Shown: positions 7,243-17,707, counted from the stretch's first letter. The stretch is 64,000 nucleotides of DNA from Peptococcaceae bacterium (GCA_034927285.1 JAYFQF010000016.1:36314-100313), one strand, 5' to 3'. The notes: a model not told the origin generated them from the sequence alone. Numbers and translations: made by a program.

Positions 7243-8607
7243 CTAGGCCGCGTCGCTGCTCTGCCCGTCTGCTTCTCCGGCTTCCTGGCCTGTCAATTTC
7301 CCGGCGTCCAGAGCCGGGGCGGCGAATACCTCCTGGATCAGCTGCTTTACCGCAGCCTCGTCCAGCACCCAATAAGAAGCGCCGCTGATGGTCTTGGCGT
7401 CGCCGGGCAGCATCACCGTCTCCAGGTTGACCTTGCTCATATCGCTGAACTCCGTGGCCAGGGCCACCATCTGGGCGGCGGTCATATCGGTGGTGAGATT
7501 TTCCATCAGGGAAGAAACCAAACCGGGCAGCTTGGGGATCGCGGCCACGCTGAAGGCCTGCTTCATCAAAGCTTCCAGGAACTTCTGCTGGCGGCCGATC
7601 CGGCCGATATCCGCCGTGGGGTCTCCCCGCCAGCGTACATACTGCAGGGCCTTGTCCCCGGTCAGCTTCTGCTGTCCCGGCATCAGATCGATGCCTTCAT
7701 CCGGCAGATACATCCGCCTTTCCACGTTATAGTTTACGCCGCCTAAAAGATCGATACATTTGCTGAAGCCCTTGAAGTTTACTTCCACGTAATAATGCAC
7801 ATTCACGCCCAGCAGGTTTTCCACGGTCTGCTTCATCCGCTCGGCCCCGCCGGTGGCGTGGGCATAGTTAATCTTTCTGGTGACGTCGGTGCCGGCGATG
7901 GCCGCCCGGGTATCCCGGGGAATGGAGATCAGGTCGATCTCTTTGGTATCCAGGTTCATGGAGGCCAGAATCGCCACGTCGGCCCGGGCCAGTTCATTGG
8001 GGTCCCGCTGGTCCACGCCCATCAGCAGCACAGTCAGGATCTTGGGGATCTGCGTGCCGCCGGCGCCCCCCTCCTCCCCCTCGCCTATCGGGGAGGTAAA
8101 GCCGGTTTCCGGGTCGATCAAAAGCCCTTCTCCCTCGGGGATCAGGGTGGCCCCGTAAACCTGGCCGGCAAAATAGGAACCCATGGCGAACAAAAGGCAG
8201 ATCAGGACGCCGAAAAGTATCTTCCAGACCTCCAGTCCTTTTTTGATCTCCCGCTTATTTACCCGCTCCAGGGGGGGCAGGTCAAAGAAGTCGGCTTTTA
8301 TCGGCCCACCCTTGCGGTAAGCCTCGGCTCCCTCCTCTGCCGCCACCGCCAGCTCCGGATTTTGAGCAAGCGCGGAAGCCGCCGTGGCCTGAGCCGCCAA
8401 AGCCGCCGCTTCCAGAGGATCCCCACTGGCCGGGGCTTTAGCGGCGGATCCACCGGCGGCAGACCGGCCGCTGCCGGATCCGGGCCTGTTGGCGGCAAAA
8501 CCGGACCCGCCGGCAGCCGGCCCGGCCTTCCCTTCCCGCCGGGACAGGTGGTGTTTAATCTGATCCAGAGGGAATTCCTCTGTGGCAAAACTGTCTTTGG
8601 CGCTCAT
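7243..8607 (-). CDS. LytR/CpsA/Psr (LCP) family protein
   Basis: LMGVDQRD...RADVAILASMNLDTKEIDLISIPRDT core, N-terminal TM and low-complexity cytoplasmic region. Start set at MSAKD, where ATGA overlaps the upstream stop. Confidence 0.85.
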   Translation of the reverse strand: MSAKDSFATEEFPLDQIKHHLSRREGKAGPAAGGSGFAANRPGSGSGRSAAGGSAAKAPASGDPLEAAALAAQATAASALAQNPELAVAAEEGAEAYRKGGPIKADFFDLPPLERVNKREIKKGLEVWKILFGVLICLLFAMGSYFAGQVYGATLIPEGEGLLIDPETGFTSPIGEGEEGGAGGTQIPKILTVLLMGVDQRDPNELARADVAILASMNLDTKEIDLISIPRDTRAAIAGTDVTRKINYAHATGGAERMKQTVENLLGVNVHYYVEVNFKGFSKCIDLLGGVNYNVERRMYLPDEGIDLMPGQQKLTGDKALQYVRWRGDPTADIGRIGRQQKFLEALMKQAFSVAAIPKLPGLVSSLMENLTTDMTAAQMVALATEFSDMSKVNLETVMLPGDAKTISGASYWVLDEAAVKQLIQEVFAAPALDAGKLTGQEAGEADGQSSDAA

Positions 8608-9245
8608 TGATCGCCCTCCAAAGCATGATTGTAGTATTTCACTTCCACGGTCCGGGTCGCGCCGTCCCAGCTTACCGCCGCGCCCAGCCATTGGCTGACG
8701 AAACGCACCGGCACCATGGTCCGGCCGCCGATGCTGGCGGGGGCTACATCCATCTCCGCCGCCGTGCCGTTTAAGACGGCGGCGGTTTTATCCAGGGTCA
8801 GCAGGATACTGCGGTCTTTGGTAACATAGCTGATCTGCCGGGTCTGGCCGTTCCACTCCACAGAAGCTCCCAGCACATCGCCGATAAAGCGCAGCGGCAC
8901 CATGGTCCGGCCGTCAATGATCTGGGGCGGCACGTCCAGGCTGCGGGTCTCGGCATTTTCACTGCCCGGGGCGTACAGCTGAGCGGTGGTTTTTTCCGGC
9001 CAGAGCAGCAACCGGCTGACCGTAAGGCTCTCCAGGTTTTGCAGGCTGGCTTCCAGGGTCTGAGCCCGGCTGTTTAGGCTCTCGATCTGCTGCTCTTTGG
9101 GCAGCAGGTATCTCTGCAACAGATTGTCCAGGCCTCCTTTGGTCAGCAGCACCTCGCCGGCCAGGACCGGCAGGCCGAACAAACTGAGGCTCAAAAGCAA
9201 AATTCCCGCCCCCAGCCGGATCTTTTTTCTGTCGAATTTTTTCAC
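8604..9245 (-). CDS. copper amine oxidase N-terminal (stalk-like) domain protein, secreted
   Basis: Signal peptide and two GRTMVP(L/V)RF...W(N/D)G.TR repeats typical of Cu_amine_oxidN1. GTG start with GGAAAGGA RBS. Confidence 0.75.
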   Translation of the reverse strand: MKKFDRKKIRLGAGILLLSLSLFGLPVLAGEVLLTKGGLDNLLQRYLLPKEQQIESLNSRAQTLEASLQNLESLTVSRLLLWPEKTTAQLYAPGSENAETRSLDVPPQIIDGRTMVPLRFIGDVLGASVEWNGQTRQISYVTKDRSILLTLDKTAAVLNGTAAEMDVAPASIGGRTMVPVRFVSQWLGAAVSWDGATRTVEVKYYNHALEGDQ

Positions 9246-9391
9246 GGAACCTATCCTTTCCGCAGGAAATCAGTCGATCCTCAAAAAGATCAGGTCTATT
9301 TTATCATAGAATAGAGCTTTTTGCTAAAGGAAAGCGAAGGAACCGGCAAAAAAAGCCCCCTATATGATGAACATTCTGTGAACTTTTTTCT

Positions 9392-10513
9392 TCATTCCAC
9401 CCGGATCAGCTCGTATTTCCGGCTGCCCAGCCCGATTTTTTCGCCATGCTCCAGGCAGGTGCGCCAGTCGGTGCCGGGGTTTACCCGGCAGAAATGATCC
9501 TGGCCGGGATGTTCCGGATCCGCCGGACACTCCGCCCCCTTGCTGCCGGGGATCACCGGCTGGGCGCAGGCCAGGTCGGCGCAGGCCTGATCCAGGGCCA
9601 CCGGGTCAAAGGAAGCCAGAAAGCCCACGTCCGGGATAATCGGCAGATCGTTAAAAGGCATGCAGTCGCAGGAGGGGGAAATGTCGATCACCAGGCTGAT
9701 ATGAAAGGAAGGCCGGTCCTGGACCACCGCCTTGGCGTATTCGGCGATCTTTTGATTCAGCACGTCCTTGGCGCTGGTCCACTGAAAACGGATGGCCCCA
9801 AAGCGGCAGGCTCCCAGGCAGCGGCCGCAGCCGGCGCATTTATCCTGCCGGATCACCGCCCGGCCCCGGCTGTCCAGGCCGATGGCCCCCTGGCCGCAGT
9901 CTTTTACGCAGGCCCGGCAGCCCCGGCATTTTTCCGGATCCACTTTAAGCCTGCCGTCGCTGTGCATTTCCAGCTTGCCGGCATGGGAGCCGCTGCCCAT
10001 GCCCAGGTTTTTAATGGCGCCGCCAAAGCCCGTAGACTCATGGCCCTTGAAATGGCTTAAGGACACTAAGACGTCGGCGTCCATGATGGCCCGGCCGATC
10101 TTGGCCTCCCGCACCAGGCGGCCGCCCTGCACCGGCACCGCCACGTCGTCGGTGCCTTTCAGGCCGTCGGCAATGATCACCTGACAGCCGGTGGTAAGGG
10201 GGTTATAGCCGTTTTCACAGGCGGCCTCCAGATGATCCAGGGCGTTTTTCCGCCGGCCCGCGTAAAGGGTATTGGCGTCGGTCAGAAATGGCCTGCCGCC
10301 CCGGCTTTTGACCAGATCCGCCACTACCTTGGCAAAATTCGGCCGCAGATAACCCAGGTTCCCGGGCTCGCCCAGATGAAGCTTGATGGCGGTAAATTTA
10401 TCCCCGAAGTCGATATCGGCAAAGCCCGCGGCCAAAATCAGCCGTTCCAGCTTCTGCAGCAGATTACTGCCCCGTTTGGTCCGCAGGTCGGTAAAATAGA
10501 CTTTTGACGTCAT
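9392..10513 (-). CDS. DUF362 domain protein with 2x[4Fe-4S] ferredoxin insert
   Basis: N-terminal VYFTDLR...AIKLHLGEPGN (DUF362) plus CRGCRACVKDC and CAGCGRCLGAC motifs. Confidence 0.8.
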   Translation of the reverse strand: MTSKVYFTDLRTKRGSNLLQKLERLILAAGFADIDFGDKFTAIKLHLGEPGNLGYLRPNFAKVVADLVKSRGGRPFLTDANTLYAGRRKNALDHLEAACENGYNPLTTGCQVIIADGLKGTDDVAVPVQGGRLVREAKIGRAIMDADVLVSLSHFKGHESTGFGGAIKNLGMGSGSHAGKLEMHSDGRLKVDPEKCRGCRACVKDCGQGAIGLDSRGRAVIRQDKCAGCGRCLGACRFGAIRFQWTSAKDVLNQKIAEYAKAVVQDRPSFHISLVIDISPSCDCMPFNDLPIIPDVGFLASFDPVALDQACADLACAQPVIPGSKGAECPADPEHPGQDHFCRVNPGTDWRTCLEHGEKIGLGSRKYELIRVE

Positions 10514-10542
10514 TTATTCACTCTCCGTCGTTTCGCCGGAGC

Positions 10543-11178
10543 TTACAGGGTGCCGAAAAGCCGGTCGCCGGCGTCCCCCAGGCCCGGGTTGATGTAGCCG
10601 TTGGCGTTCAATACCTCATCCACGGTGCCGCAGTAGATATGCACGTCCGGATGATCCCGGCGGATCCGCTCCACTCCGGCCACCGCTCCGATGATATTCA
10701 TCAGTTTGATGTTTTTGGCTCCTTTTTCCTTGATGAAGCGGATAGCGGCGGAAGCCGAGCCGCCGGTGGCCAGCATGGGATCCAAAACGATGGTCAGTCC
10801 CTCTTTCACTTCTTCGGGCAGTTTACAGTAATATTCCACCGGCTCCAGGGTTTCGTGATCCCGGTACAGCCCGATATGGCCGATGCGCACCGTGGGGATC
10901 AGGGCCTGGATCCCTTTGACCATGCCAAGGCCCGCCCGTAAAACCGGCACGATGGTGATTTTGGGCCCCGTCAGCTTTTTGGTTTTGCAGGGGGCGATGG
11001 GGGTTTCCACCATAACCTCCTCCAGGGGCAAATCCCGGGTGGCCTCATAGGCCATCAACATGGCGATTTCGTCTACCAATTCCCGGAAGTCCTTGCTGCC
11101 GGTGTCTTTATCCCGTAAAAAAGAAATTTTATGCTGGATCAGAGGATGGTCAAAAATCGTTACATTGTCAAAATTCAT
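10543..11178 (-). CDS. upp: uracil phosphoribosyltransferase
   Basis: [45 protein letters not shown] and [11 protein letters not shown] at 11178 preferred over the upstream GTG. Confidence 0.9.
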   Translation of the reverse strand: MNFDNVTIFDHPLIQHKISFLRDKDTGSKDFRELVDEIAMLMAYEATRDLPLEEVMVETPIAPCKTKKLTGPKITIVPVLRAGLGMVKGIQALIPTVRIGHIGLYRDHETLEPVEYYCKLPEEVKEGLTIVLDPMLATGGSASAAIRFIKEKGAKNIKLMNIIGAVAGVERIRRDHPDVHIYCGTVDEVLNANGYINPGLGDAGDRLFGTL

Positions 11179-11319
11179 GTCGCTTCTGCCCTCTTTCACT
11201 GTTATTGTGGCATTTCCTAACTAATTATTATATCGGAATCCGGCAGTGATGAAAACCCGTGTATTCTGTATTTTTACAAAAAAATATGGAAATCCCGCCT
11301 TTTACCACCAGGACTTCCA

Positions 11320-11348
11320 TTGACAGCCCAAAAAGGAATTATTATGAT
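11320..11348 (+). promoter_or_regulatory. sigma-A-like promoter TTGACA-17-TATGAT
   Basis: Hexamers at 11320-11325 and 11343-11348, upstream of the MBL hydrolase gene. Confidence 0.5.
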
Positions 11349-11400
11349 TTAAGCAGCTGATTTCCGGGCCGGGCCGCCGCGCCCGTTCCGGGACAAGCCT

Positions 11401-12639
11401 ATGATTCAGAGAAGAGTCGGTGATTTTATGTACAAATTATTCAATGTGACCGGCGGCCGGGGCGGCGACAGCCACCTGGTGACCGGCGGGGAAAAGACGG
11501 CGATTTTCGATACCGGCATGGCCTGGTGCGGCCTAAACGTCGTGGACAACATCAAAGAGACCTTCCGGGCGGAAGGCAGCCCCGGCCGGCGGCTGGATTG
11601 TGTTTTTTTGACCCATTCCCATTACGACCATCTGGGGGCCCTCCCCCTGATTTTACGGGAATGGCCCGAGGCCGTGGTTTACGGCGCGCCTCATGCCCGC
11701 TGGGTGCTGTCCCGGCCCAACGCCATCAAAGCCATCCGCAAGCTGAACCAGGGGGCCGCCGTCTTGTTCAATCAGGGGCAGATGCCGGAATATGACGACG
11801 GGCTTTTGCGCATCGACAAAGAGGTAAGCCAGGGCCAGGTGGTGGATCTGGGGGATTGCCCGGTGGAAACCATCGAGACCCCGGGCCACACTAAATGTTC
11901 CCTTTCCTTTTTGGTGGACGGGGAGCTGATGATCGCCAGCGAATCCACCGGCTATACCAGTAAAATGGGCCGGGTCAACGCCACTTACATTATCGGGCAT
12001 AAAGACGCCCTGGCTTCTATCCGGCGCTGCCAGGAACTGGCGCCGAAAAAAATCGTTTCGCCCCACTACGGCCTTTTGGATGAGGCGGCTGCCCGGCTAT
12101 ACTGGGCAAAGTGCTGGAACGCCACCTGCTACAGCCGGGACTTTATCCTGGCCAGGGCCCAAAGCATCAGGGAAGAAGGCCGGGAGCCCTCGGTGGAGGA
12201 GATCCTGGAGGCCTGCTACGGTGAGTTTTATGATGAAGTCTGCAAATATGAGCAGCCTTACCGGGCCTGGCGCCTGAATTACAGCGAGGCCATCCGCACG
12301 GTGCTGCGGGAATATCCCGGCGGTCTGGTGCCGCCTGAACTGGCGGCCCAGCCCCGGCTGACGGAGAACACCGGAATGCCGGAGAGCGCCTGCCCAATGG
12401 AAAGCGCCGGGACGGCGGAAAACGCCCGAATTTCGCAAGGCAGTTCTTTTTCCGGCCCCAAAAAAGCATCCCCTGTCCCGGAAAAGAGCTCCCGGGAAGA
12501 GGATGCCATGGGAGGAAGCGATCTGAAAAAATCCGTTCTGAAAAAGTCCGTTCCGGAAGAATCCGTTCTGAAAGAGTCCGTTCCGGAAGAATCCGTTCCG
12601 GAAAAATGCCGGCCGGGGAAGGAGGCGCCTCATGCCTGA
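11401..12639 (+). CDS. MBL-fold metallo-hydrolase with repetitive C-terminal tail
   Basis: THSHYDHLGALP motif. True start may be MYKLFN at 11428. The stop overlaps the mutM start. Confidence 0.8.
   Translation: MIQRRVGDFMYKLFNVTGGRGGDSHLVTGGEKTAIFDTGMAWCGLNVVDNIKETFRAEGSPGRRLDCVFLTHSHYDHLGALPLILREWPEAVVYGAPHARWVLSRPNAIKAIRKLNQGAAVLFNQGQMPEYDDGLLRIDKEVSQGQVVDLGDCPVETIETPGHTKCSLSFLVDGELMIASESTGYTSKMGRVNATYIIGHKDALASIRRCQELAPKKIVSPHYGLLDEAAARLYWAKCWNATCYSRDFILARAQSIREEGREPSVEEILEACYGEFYDEVCKYEQPYRAWRLNYSEAIRTVLREYPGGLVPPELAAQPRLTENTGMPESACPMESAGTAENARISQGSSFSGPKKASPVPEKSSREEDAMGGSDLKKSVLKKSVPEESVLKESVPEESVPEKCRPGKEAPHA
12526..12610. repeat. 15-bp in-frame tandem repeat x6 (KSVLK/KSVPE/ESVPE)
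   Basis: Units start at 12526, 12541, 12556, 12571, 12586 and 12601. Confidence 0.9.
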
Positions 12640-13492
12640 GCTTCCCGAAGTAGAAACCATCCGCCGCAGCCTGGAACCCTGCCTGGCAGGCTTAAGCATC
12701 ACCGGGATAAATCCTCTTTATCCCTCGGTGCTGCTGCCCGACGCCGGCATGTTTTCCCAGGTATTGCCGGGCTTGGAAATCCGCCGGCTTTGCCGCCGGG
12801 GCAAATATCTGATCGTAGACTTAAGCGGGGACTGGAGCCTGGTCATCCACCTGCGCATGACCGGCAAGCTGCTCTGGAAGCCGGCTCCCCAGCCGCCGGC
12901 GCTCCACACCCATGTGATCCTTTCCCTGTCCGACGGCTCGGAGCTGCATTTCCAGGACGTCCGCCGCTTCGGCCGCTGGCGGCTGGTGGAAACCGCAGAG
13001 CTCTGCCGGGTACCGGGCCTGTGTACGTTAGGGCCGGAGCCCATCGACGGGGATTTTTCTCCCCAGGTTTTCAACGCCCAACTGGCCCGGCGGCAAAAAG
13101 GGAAGCTGAAAGCCCTGCTTCTGGATCAGACCGTAGTGGCGGGCCTGGGCAATATCTATGTGGATGAGGCCCTGTTTTTGGCGGGCCTGCACCCCTTGCG
13201 CACCGCCGGCAGCTTAAGTCCGGAGGAGACGGCGGCCCTGGCCGGGGCCTGCCGCCAGGCATTAAATATCGGCATCCGGCACCGGGGCACCACCCTGCGG
13301 GATTATCTGGACGGCCGGGAGCAGCAGGGCGATATGCAGAATTTTCTCCAGGTTTTCGGCCGGGAGGGCGAGCCCTGCCCCCGCTGCGGGGCGGAAATCC
13401 GCCGCATCAGGGTGGCCGGCCGCTCCAGCTATTTCTGCCCGGTGTGCCAGCCTGAAGAAGGCGGCTGCGGGCAAGGAAGAGTGACTGAATGA
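12632..13492 (+). CDS. mutM: formamidopyrimidine-DNA glycosylase
   Basis: MPELPEVETIRRSL N-terminus with catalytic Pro2. C-terminal zinc finger CPRCG...CPVC. Confidence 0.9.
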   Translation: MPELPEVETIRRSLEPCLAGLSITGINPLYPSVLLPDAGMFSQVLPGLEIRRLCRRGKYLIVDLSGDWSLVIHLRMTGKLLWKPAPQPPALHTHVILSLSDGSELHFQDVRRFGRWRLVETAELCRVPGLCTLGPEPIDGDFSPQVFNAQLARRQKGKLKALLLDQTVVAGLGNIYVDEALFLAGLHPLRTAGSLSPEETAALAGACRQALNIGIRHRGTTLRDYLDGREQQGDMQNFLQVFGREGEPCPRCGAEIRRIRVAGRSSYFCPVCQPEEGGCGQGRVTE

Positions 13493-13572
13493 GCGGCGCA
13501 AGATAACTGCAGGTCTGACGGCTGAATTCACAACCTGAATTATGACGTACATGCGGGCTGCAGTCCGCGGTT

Positions 13573-13695
13573 CATCCGCTGATGGCTGCGGTCCTTAATC
13601 ATGAGACACAGAGTGGGGCATAAGGCCATGCGCTGATGGCTGCAGCCCTTGATCATAAGACATGGACCGCGGCATAGGGTCCATGCGCTATAGCC
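13573..13695. repeat. 54-55-bp tandem repeat, about 2.2 copies
   Basis: CAT(C/G)CGCTGATGGCTGC(G/A)G(T/C)CCTT(A/G)ATCAT(G/A)AGACA... starts at 13573, 13627 and 13682, between convergent genes. Confidence 0.8.
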
Positions 13696-14548
13696 GCAAT
13701 CCCGGTTTTTTTCGCTGCAGGACCGTCCGCTGGGCGTACTTGCCAAAAAAATGATAACCGGAGCCGCCTTCGCTGATGAGATCCAGCAATTCGTCGGCTT
13801 TTGTTACCTGGATCCCCCCCAGCATGGTCACTCCTCTGGCAAAAAAAGCGTCGGGCAGCATGCCGGCGGTGGGGCCGGTGACCAAAATTTCAGCCCCGGG
13901 TTTTGCCATAGCCAACAATCCCGCCAGGGTATCGTTTAAGATGGTCACCCCGGTAATCACCAGCAGGTCCGCTTCCGGCACACAGCTTTCCGCCTGCCCT
14001 GCCGGGACATAATAGGGCAGCTCCCGCTCCTTGAGGGTCCGGGAATCCTGCTCCAATACCCGGAAATCCGCGCCGGCAGCCAGCAGTTTTTTCAGCATCG
14101 GCACTAACGCGCCCACCACCACGGTCTTGGGATAGCGGGCCACCTCCAATTCATCGAAAGCGTCTCCCGTTAAAATTTCATAATCCCGGAGGCTGTCCCC
14201 GGGGCCGGCTTTTTCCCAGGCCGCCAGGCTCAGGGCGTTTAAGACCGCGATCCCCAGGGTGCGCCGCAGGATATTATCACAAAAGAGATCCTCCAGGTAT
14301 TCCCTTACCGGCCTGCCCCGGAGCCGTCCCGACAGCGGCATGGCTTTTGCGGAGCTGGGGCAGCATACTGCCCCGGGCATTTCCTTCACCGGGGTGAAGC
14401 AAAGGCCGCCCTGCCCTGTGGACAGCTTCACTCCGGTGAAAAACAGGCCCAAAACGGCTCTTTCCACAAGGAGGTGATCCAGTTCTTTTCCCAGCCTTTC
14501 CTCTACGGCAAAGACCGACTCCCGGAGGATGGAGGTTTCTTGGTTCAT
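13688..14548 (-). CDS. DUF364/DUF4213 Rossmann-like protein (putative metal chelation family)
   Basis: Family recognised from overall pattern (..GADFRVLEQD.., LVITGVTILNDTLAGLL). Function unknown. Confidence 0.7.
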   Translation of the reverse strand: MNQETSILRESVFAVEERLGKELDHLLVERAVLGLFFTGVKLSTGQGGLCFTPVKEMPGAVCCPSSAKAMPLSGRLRGRPVREYLEDLFCDNILRRTLGIAVLNALSLAAWEKAGPGDSLRDYEILTGDAFDELEVARYPKTVVVGALVPMLKKLLAAGADFRVLEQDSRTLKERELPYYVPAGQAESCVPEADLLVITGVTILNDTLAGLLAMAKPGAEILVTGPTAGMLPDAFFARGVTMLGGIQVTKADELLDLISEGGSGYHFFGKYAQRTVLQRKKPGLRL

Positions 14549-14710
14549 CTTTTTTCTCCCCCCTCCCGGCGCCCCGGCGGATTATCTTCTCACTATCCGC
14601 CGGGCGTACCGGGAGGTTTTTTCGTTCTTTAGCCCTGAGGCGCCGAAGGCGCCTTGCTCTCAACGTTTTGCTCTTGCTCCCAGAGCATGTTACTCCAAAG
14701 GGACCTCAGC

Positions 14711-15838
14711 TTACTGGCCCACAATGGCTTCCAGCTGGGCATCGTTCAGCTCATACCGGAAGAAATGGCTGTAGAAATAGGAGATTTTCTCCTTCAAGTC
14801 TGCTGTGCTTTCCAGCTCCGGATACAGCTTATTCATGGTCCAGAACACGGTCAGGGGCTGTTCCACCGTCCGGTTGCCCCAAACGTGGGCCACGGTGGGG
14901 ATACAGTAGATGGCTTCCTCTTTTATCGCGGCGATATCGGAGTATAAAGGATCGGCCATCAACGTTTCTTTCATGGAAACGTCGGTGGTGATCATCATGT
15001 CCGGATCCCATTTCAGTACGTCTTCCTGGGTATAGGTGCAGCTGCCCTTTTCATTGTCCCAGCTGTTCTGGGTTACGCTTATCCCGCCGGCGGCCCCGAT
15101 CCACCACTCGGCAATGATATGGGGCTGGGTCAGCTTGTCGATATTGCCGTACAGTACGGTTTTCTTGGTTTCTTCGGTCAGAGATGCGGTCTTTTCTTCA
15201 GCTTCGGCCACCATCTTGTCAAAATAGGCCAGGTAGTCTTTGGCAATATCCTCCCTGCCCAGAGCCTCGCCCAGCAGCGTTACCGCCGTATTGATGTCTT
15301 CCGTCTGCTTCCATTCAAAATAAATCACGTTCAGGCCGTTGGATTCCAGAGGCTCGATGAGATCCTTGGACATCACCAGGCAAAGATCGGGGTTTAGGGT
15401 CAGCACCTTTTCCATCTCGATCTCGCCGTCGGCATTCTGTAAGACCGGCGCGCCCTTGATTTGCGGGGCAAACTCATACTGCATGGCCCATTTATCGGAC
15501 TTGGTGAAGCTGGCGGTCATCTCATTGCAGATTTTATCGCCGCAGCCCATCAACTCGACAAAGGCGTTGATTACGCCGATGGAGCCAAAGGTGGCGATAC
15601 TGTCGATTTCCTTGGGCAAGGTGACGGTGCGGCCCGCCATGTCGGTAACGGTGACCGTCTCCGCCGCCGTGCCGGAAACCTCTCCCGAGGATCCGGCATC
15701 GGGTACGGCCCCTCCGTCCCCGGTCCCCGCTTCATTGGCAGAGGCGCCGCAGCCGGCCAGCAAGGCCATGGTCATCATCAGAACCAGGGCAAGAGCAATC
15801 CACCGGCTAGTTATTGTCTTTCGCGCTTCAACTTTCAT
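14711..15838 (-). CDS. ABC transporter substrate-binding lipoprotein (iron-siderophore/cobalamin, FecB/BtuF-like)
   Basis: Lipobox LLAGCGA. Periplasmic-binding-protein type 2 pattern. Confidence 0.85.
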   Translation of the reverse strand: MKVEARKTITSRWIALALVLMMTMALLAGCGASANEAGTGDGGAVPDAGSSGEVSGTAAETVTVTDMAGRTVTLPKEIDSIATFGSIGVINAFVELMGCGDKICNEMTASFTKSDKWAMQYEFAPQIKGAPVLQNADGEIEMEKVLTLNPDLCLVMSKDLIEPLESNGLNVIYFEWKQTEDINTAVTLLGEALGREDIAKDYLAYFDKMVAEAEEKTASLTEETKKTVLYGNIDKLTQPHIIAEWWIGAAGGISVTQNSWDNEKGSCTYTQEDVLKWDPDMMITTDVSMKETLMADPLYSDIAAIKEEAIYCIPTVAHVWGNRTVEQPLTVFWTMNKLYPELESTADLKEKISYFYSHFFRYELNDAQLEAIVGQ

Positions 15839-16643
15839 TTTTCTTTTCTCCTCTTTTCAGTATGGGGACGCAGACCTTTTGCAGGCCGCCTCCCCCGGTA
15901 TTCTTTAACACGGCCTCGGTCACACAAACCGGCACGTGATAAAGTCTGGTGAGGGTTTCGCTGGTCACCACCTCTTCCGGGCTGCCAAAGGCCATCACGG
16001 TCCCATCCCGCATCAGCACCGCTTTGCCGCAGGCCAGGAAGGCGTGGTCCGGGAAATGGGTAGTCATCAGGATACCATATCCTTCCCGGGCCAAATTGCC
16101 AATCATGTTCAGGATTTTGATCTGGTTACTGTAATCCAGGGCCGCCGTGGGCTCGTCCAGGATCAGATATTCCGCCTGCTGGGCCAAAGCCCTGGCGATC
16201 AAAACCATCTGCCGCTCTCCTCCGCTTAAGGTTTGAAAATTTTTGGCGGCCATTTCCTGAATCCCCAGATGCTCCATGACCTGGGCGGCGATTTTCCGGT
16301 CCTTTGCCGATACCGAGGCTCCCAGCCTCATGTGGGCCACCCTGCCCATTAAGACCACTTCTTCCACGGAGTAAGGAAAAGTCAGCTGGCTGGATTGGGA
16401 TACATAGGCCAGATGAGCCGCCCGTTCCCTGGCCGGCATCCGGGAAATTTCCTTGCCGTCCAAAAGGATCCTGCCGCCTTTCGGGCGGAAATAGTTCAGC
16501 AGGCATTTCAGCAGAGTGGTTTTTCCGGTGCCGTTTGGCCCCAGCAGACACAGACATTCTCCCCGCTCCAGCCCAAAGGTGACGTCTTCCAATATCGGCC
16601 GCTCCTGTTTATAGTAAAACTTCAGCCGGTCAATCTCGATCAT
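15828..16643 (-). CDS. ABC transporter ATP-binding protein (FecE/FepC-like)
   Basis: Walker A GPNGTGKTT, signature LSGGERQ, Walker B LILDEP. Overlaps both neighbouring genes. Confidence 0.9.
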   Translation of the reverse strand: MIEIDRLKFYYKQERPILEDVTFGLERGECLCLLGPNGTGKTTLLKCLLNYFRPKGGRILLDGKEISRMPARERAAHLAYVSQSSQLTFPYSVEEVVLMGRVAHMRLGASVSAKDRKIAAQVMEHLGIQEMAAKNFQTLSGGERQMVLIARALAQQAEYLILDEPTAALDYSNQIKILNMIGNLAREGYGILMTTHFPDHAFLACGKAVLMRDGTVMAFGSPEEVVTSETLTRLYHVPVCVTEAVLKNTGGGGLQKVCVPILKRGEKKNES

Positions 16644-17707
16644 TCCCCGGCCCTCCTTCCGGCCCGGATAAGCAGGAGCGCAAAAACAGGCGTCCCCACC
16701 AGGGCCGTCAGGACCCCCAAAGGCAGCTCCACGCCGCTGACGCCCCGGATCAGATTATCCATCAGCAGCAGAAAAAAACTGCCGATCAAAAAAGACACCG
16801 TCATCAGGCGGGAATACTTTGCCCCGGTAAAGATCCGCGCAATATGCGGAACCACCAGGCCTACCCAGCCGATGATCCCGCAGACGCTGACGGATACCAC
16901 CGTCATCAGCGTCGAAGTCAGAATCACCACAACACTGACCTGCCGGACATTAACCCCCAGGGCCATGGCCTCCTCTTCCCCGGTGGCCAAAACGTCGATC
17001 TGGTGCCGGAACAGGAAAAGAAACAGCAGACAAAAGGCTGTCACCGGCAGCAGCATGGCCACATCCGTCATATCCCCCTTGCCTAAGCTGCCCATCAGCC
17101 AAAAGGTGATGGAAGGCAGCTGGCTGTCGGTGTCGGCATAAGTTTTTATCACGGAAAGCAGGGCCTGAAACAGACTGGATACGATGACCCCGGCCAGCAC
17201 CAAGGTGGTAATTTCCGTTTTTCCGTAAACCGAGCCGATCAAATAAGCGACGGCCACAGCTAAAAGCCCGAAAAGCAGGGCGCTGAACTGGATCTGGGCC
17301 CAGGAGCCGCTTTGCAGCATGGCCAGGGCGGCGCCAAAACCCGCTCCGGCGGATACCCCCAGGATATCCGGAGATACCATGGGGTTTTTAAACAAGGTCT
17401 GGTAGGAAGCGCCGGAAACCGCCAGGCCCCCTCCCACTAAAATGCCCAGAAGGATGCGGGGGATCCGGACCTGAAAAATCACCTTTTCCACTGCCGGCTC
17501 CCAGGTAACGGCCACAGTCATTACCCGGGAGCGCAGCACATTCCATACCATTCTAATGGGGATCGGATAAGAGCCGATCAGAAAAGAGAAGAAAAACAGC
17601 GCCGTCAGCAGGGCAAGCAGCCCCGCCACCAGTACGCCAAAGGAAATTCTCCCTTCCCGGGTTTTATTTCCGGGGGTTATTGTTTCAGGGATTTCCGTTC
17701 TCCTCAT
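16640..17707 (-). CDS. iron/cobalamin ABC transporter permease (FecCD family)
   Basis: Polytopic membrane protein with the FecCD pattern (GASYQTLFKNPMVSPDILGVSAGA). Confidence 0.9.
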   Translation of the reverse strand: MRRTEIPETITPGNKTREGRISFGVLVAGLLALLTALFFFSFLIGSYPIPIRMVWNVLRSRVMTVAVTWEPAVEKVIFQVRIPRILLGILVGGGLAVSGASYQTLFKNPMVSPDILGVSAGAGFGAALAMLQSGSWAQIQFSALLFGLLAVAVAYLIGSVYGKTEITTLVLAGVIVSSLFQALLSVIKTYADTDSQLPSITFWLMGSLGKGDMTDVAMLLPVTAFCLLFLFLFRHQIDVLATGEEEAMALGVNVRQVSVVVILTSTLMTVVSVSVCGIIGWVGLVVPHIARIFTGAKYSRLMTVSFLIGSFFLLLMDNLIRGVSGVELPLGVLTALVGTPVFALLLIRAGRRAGE

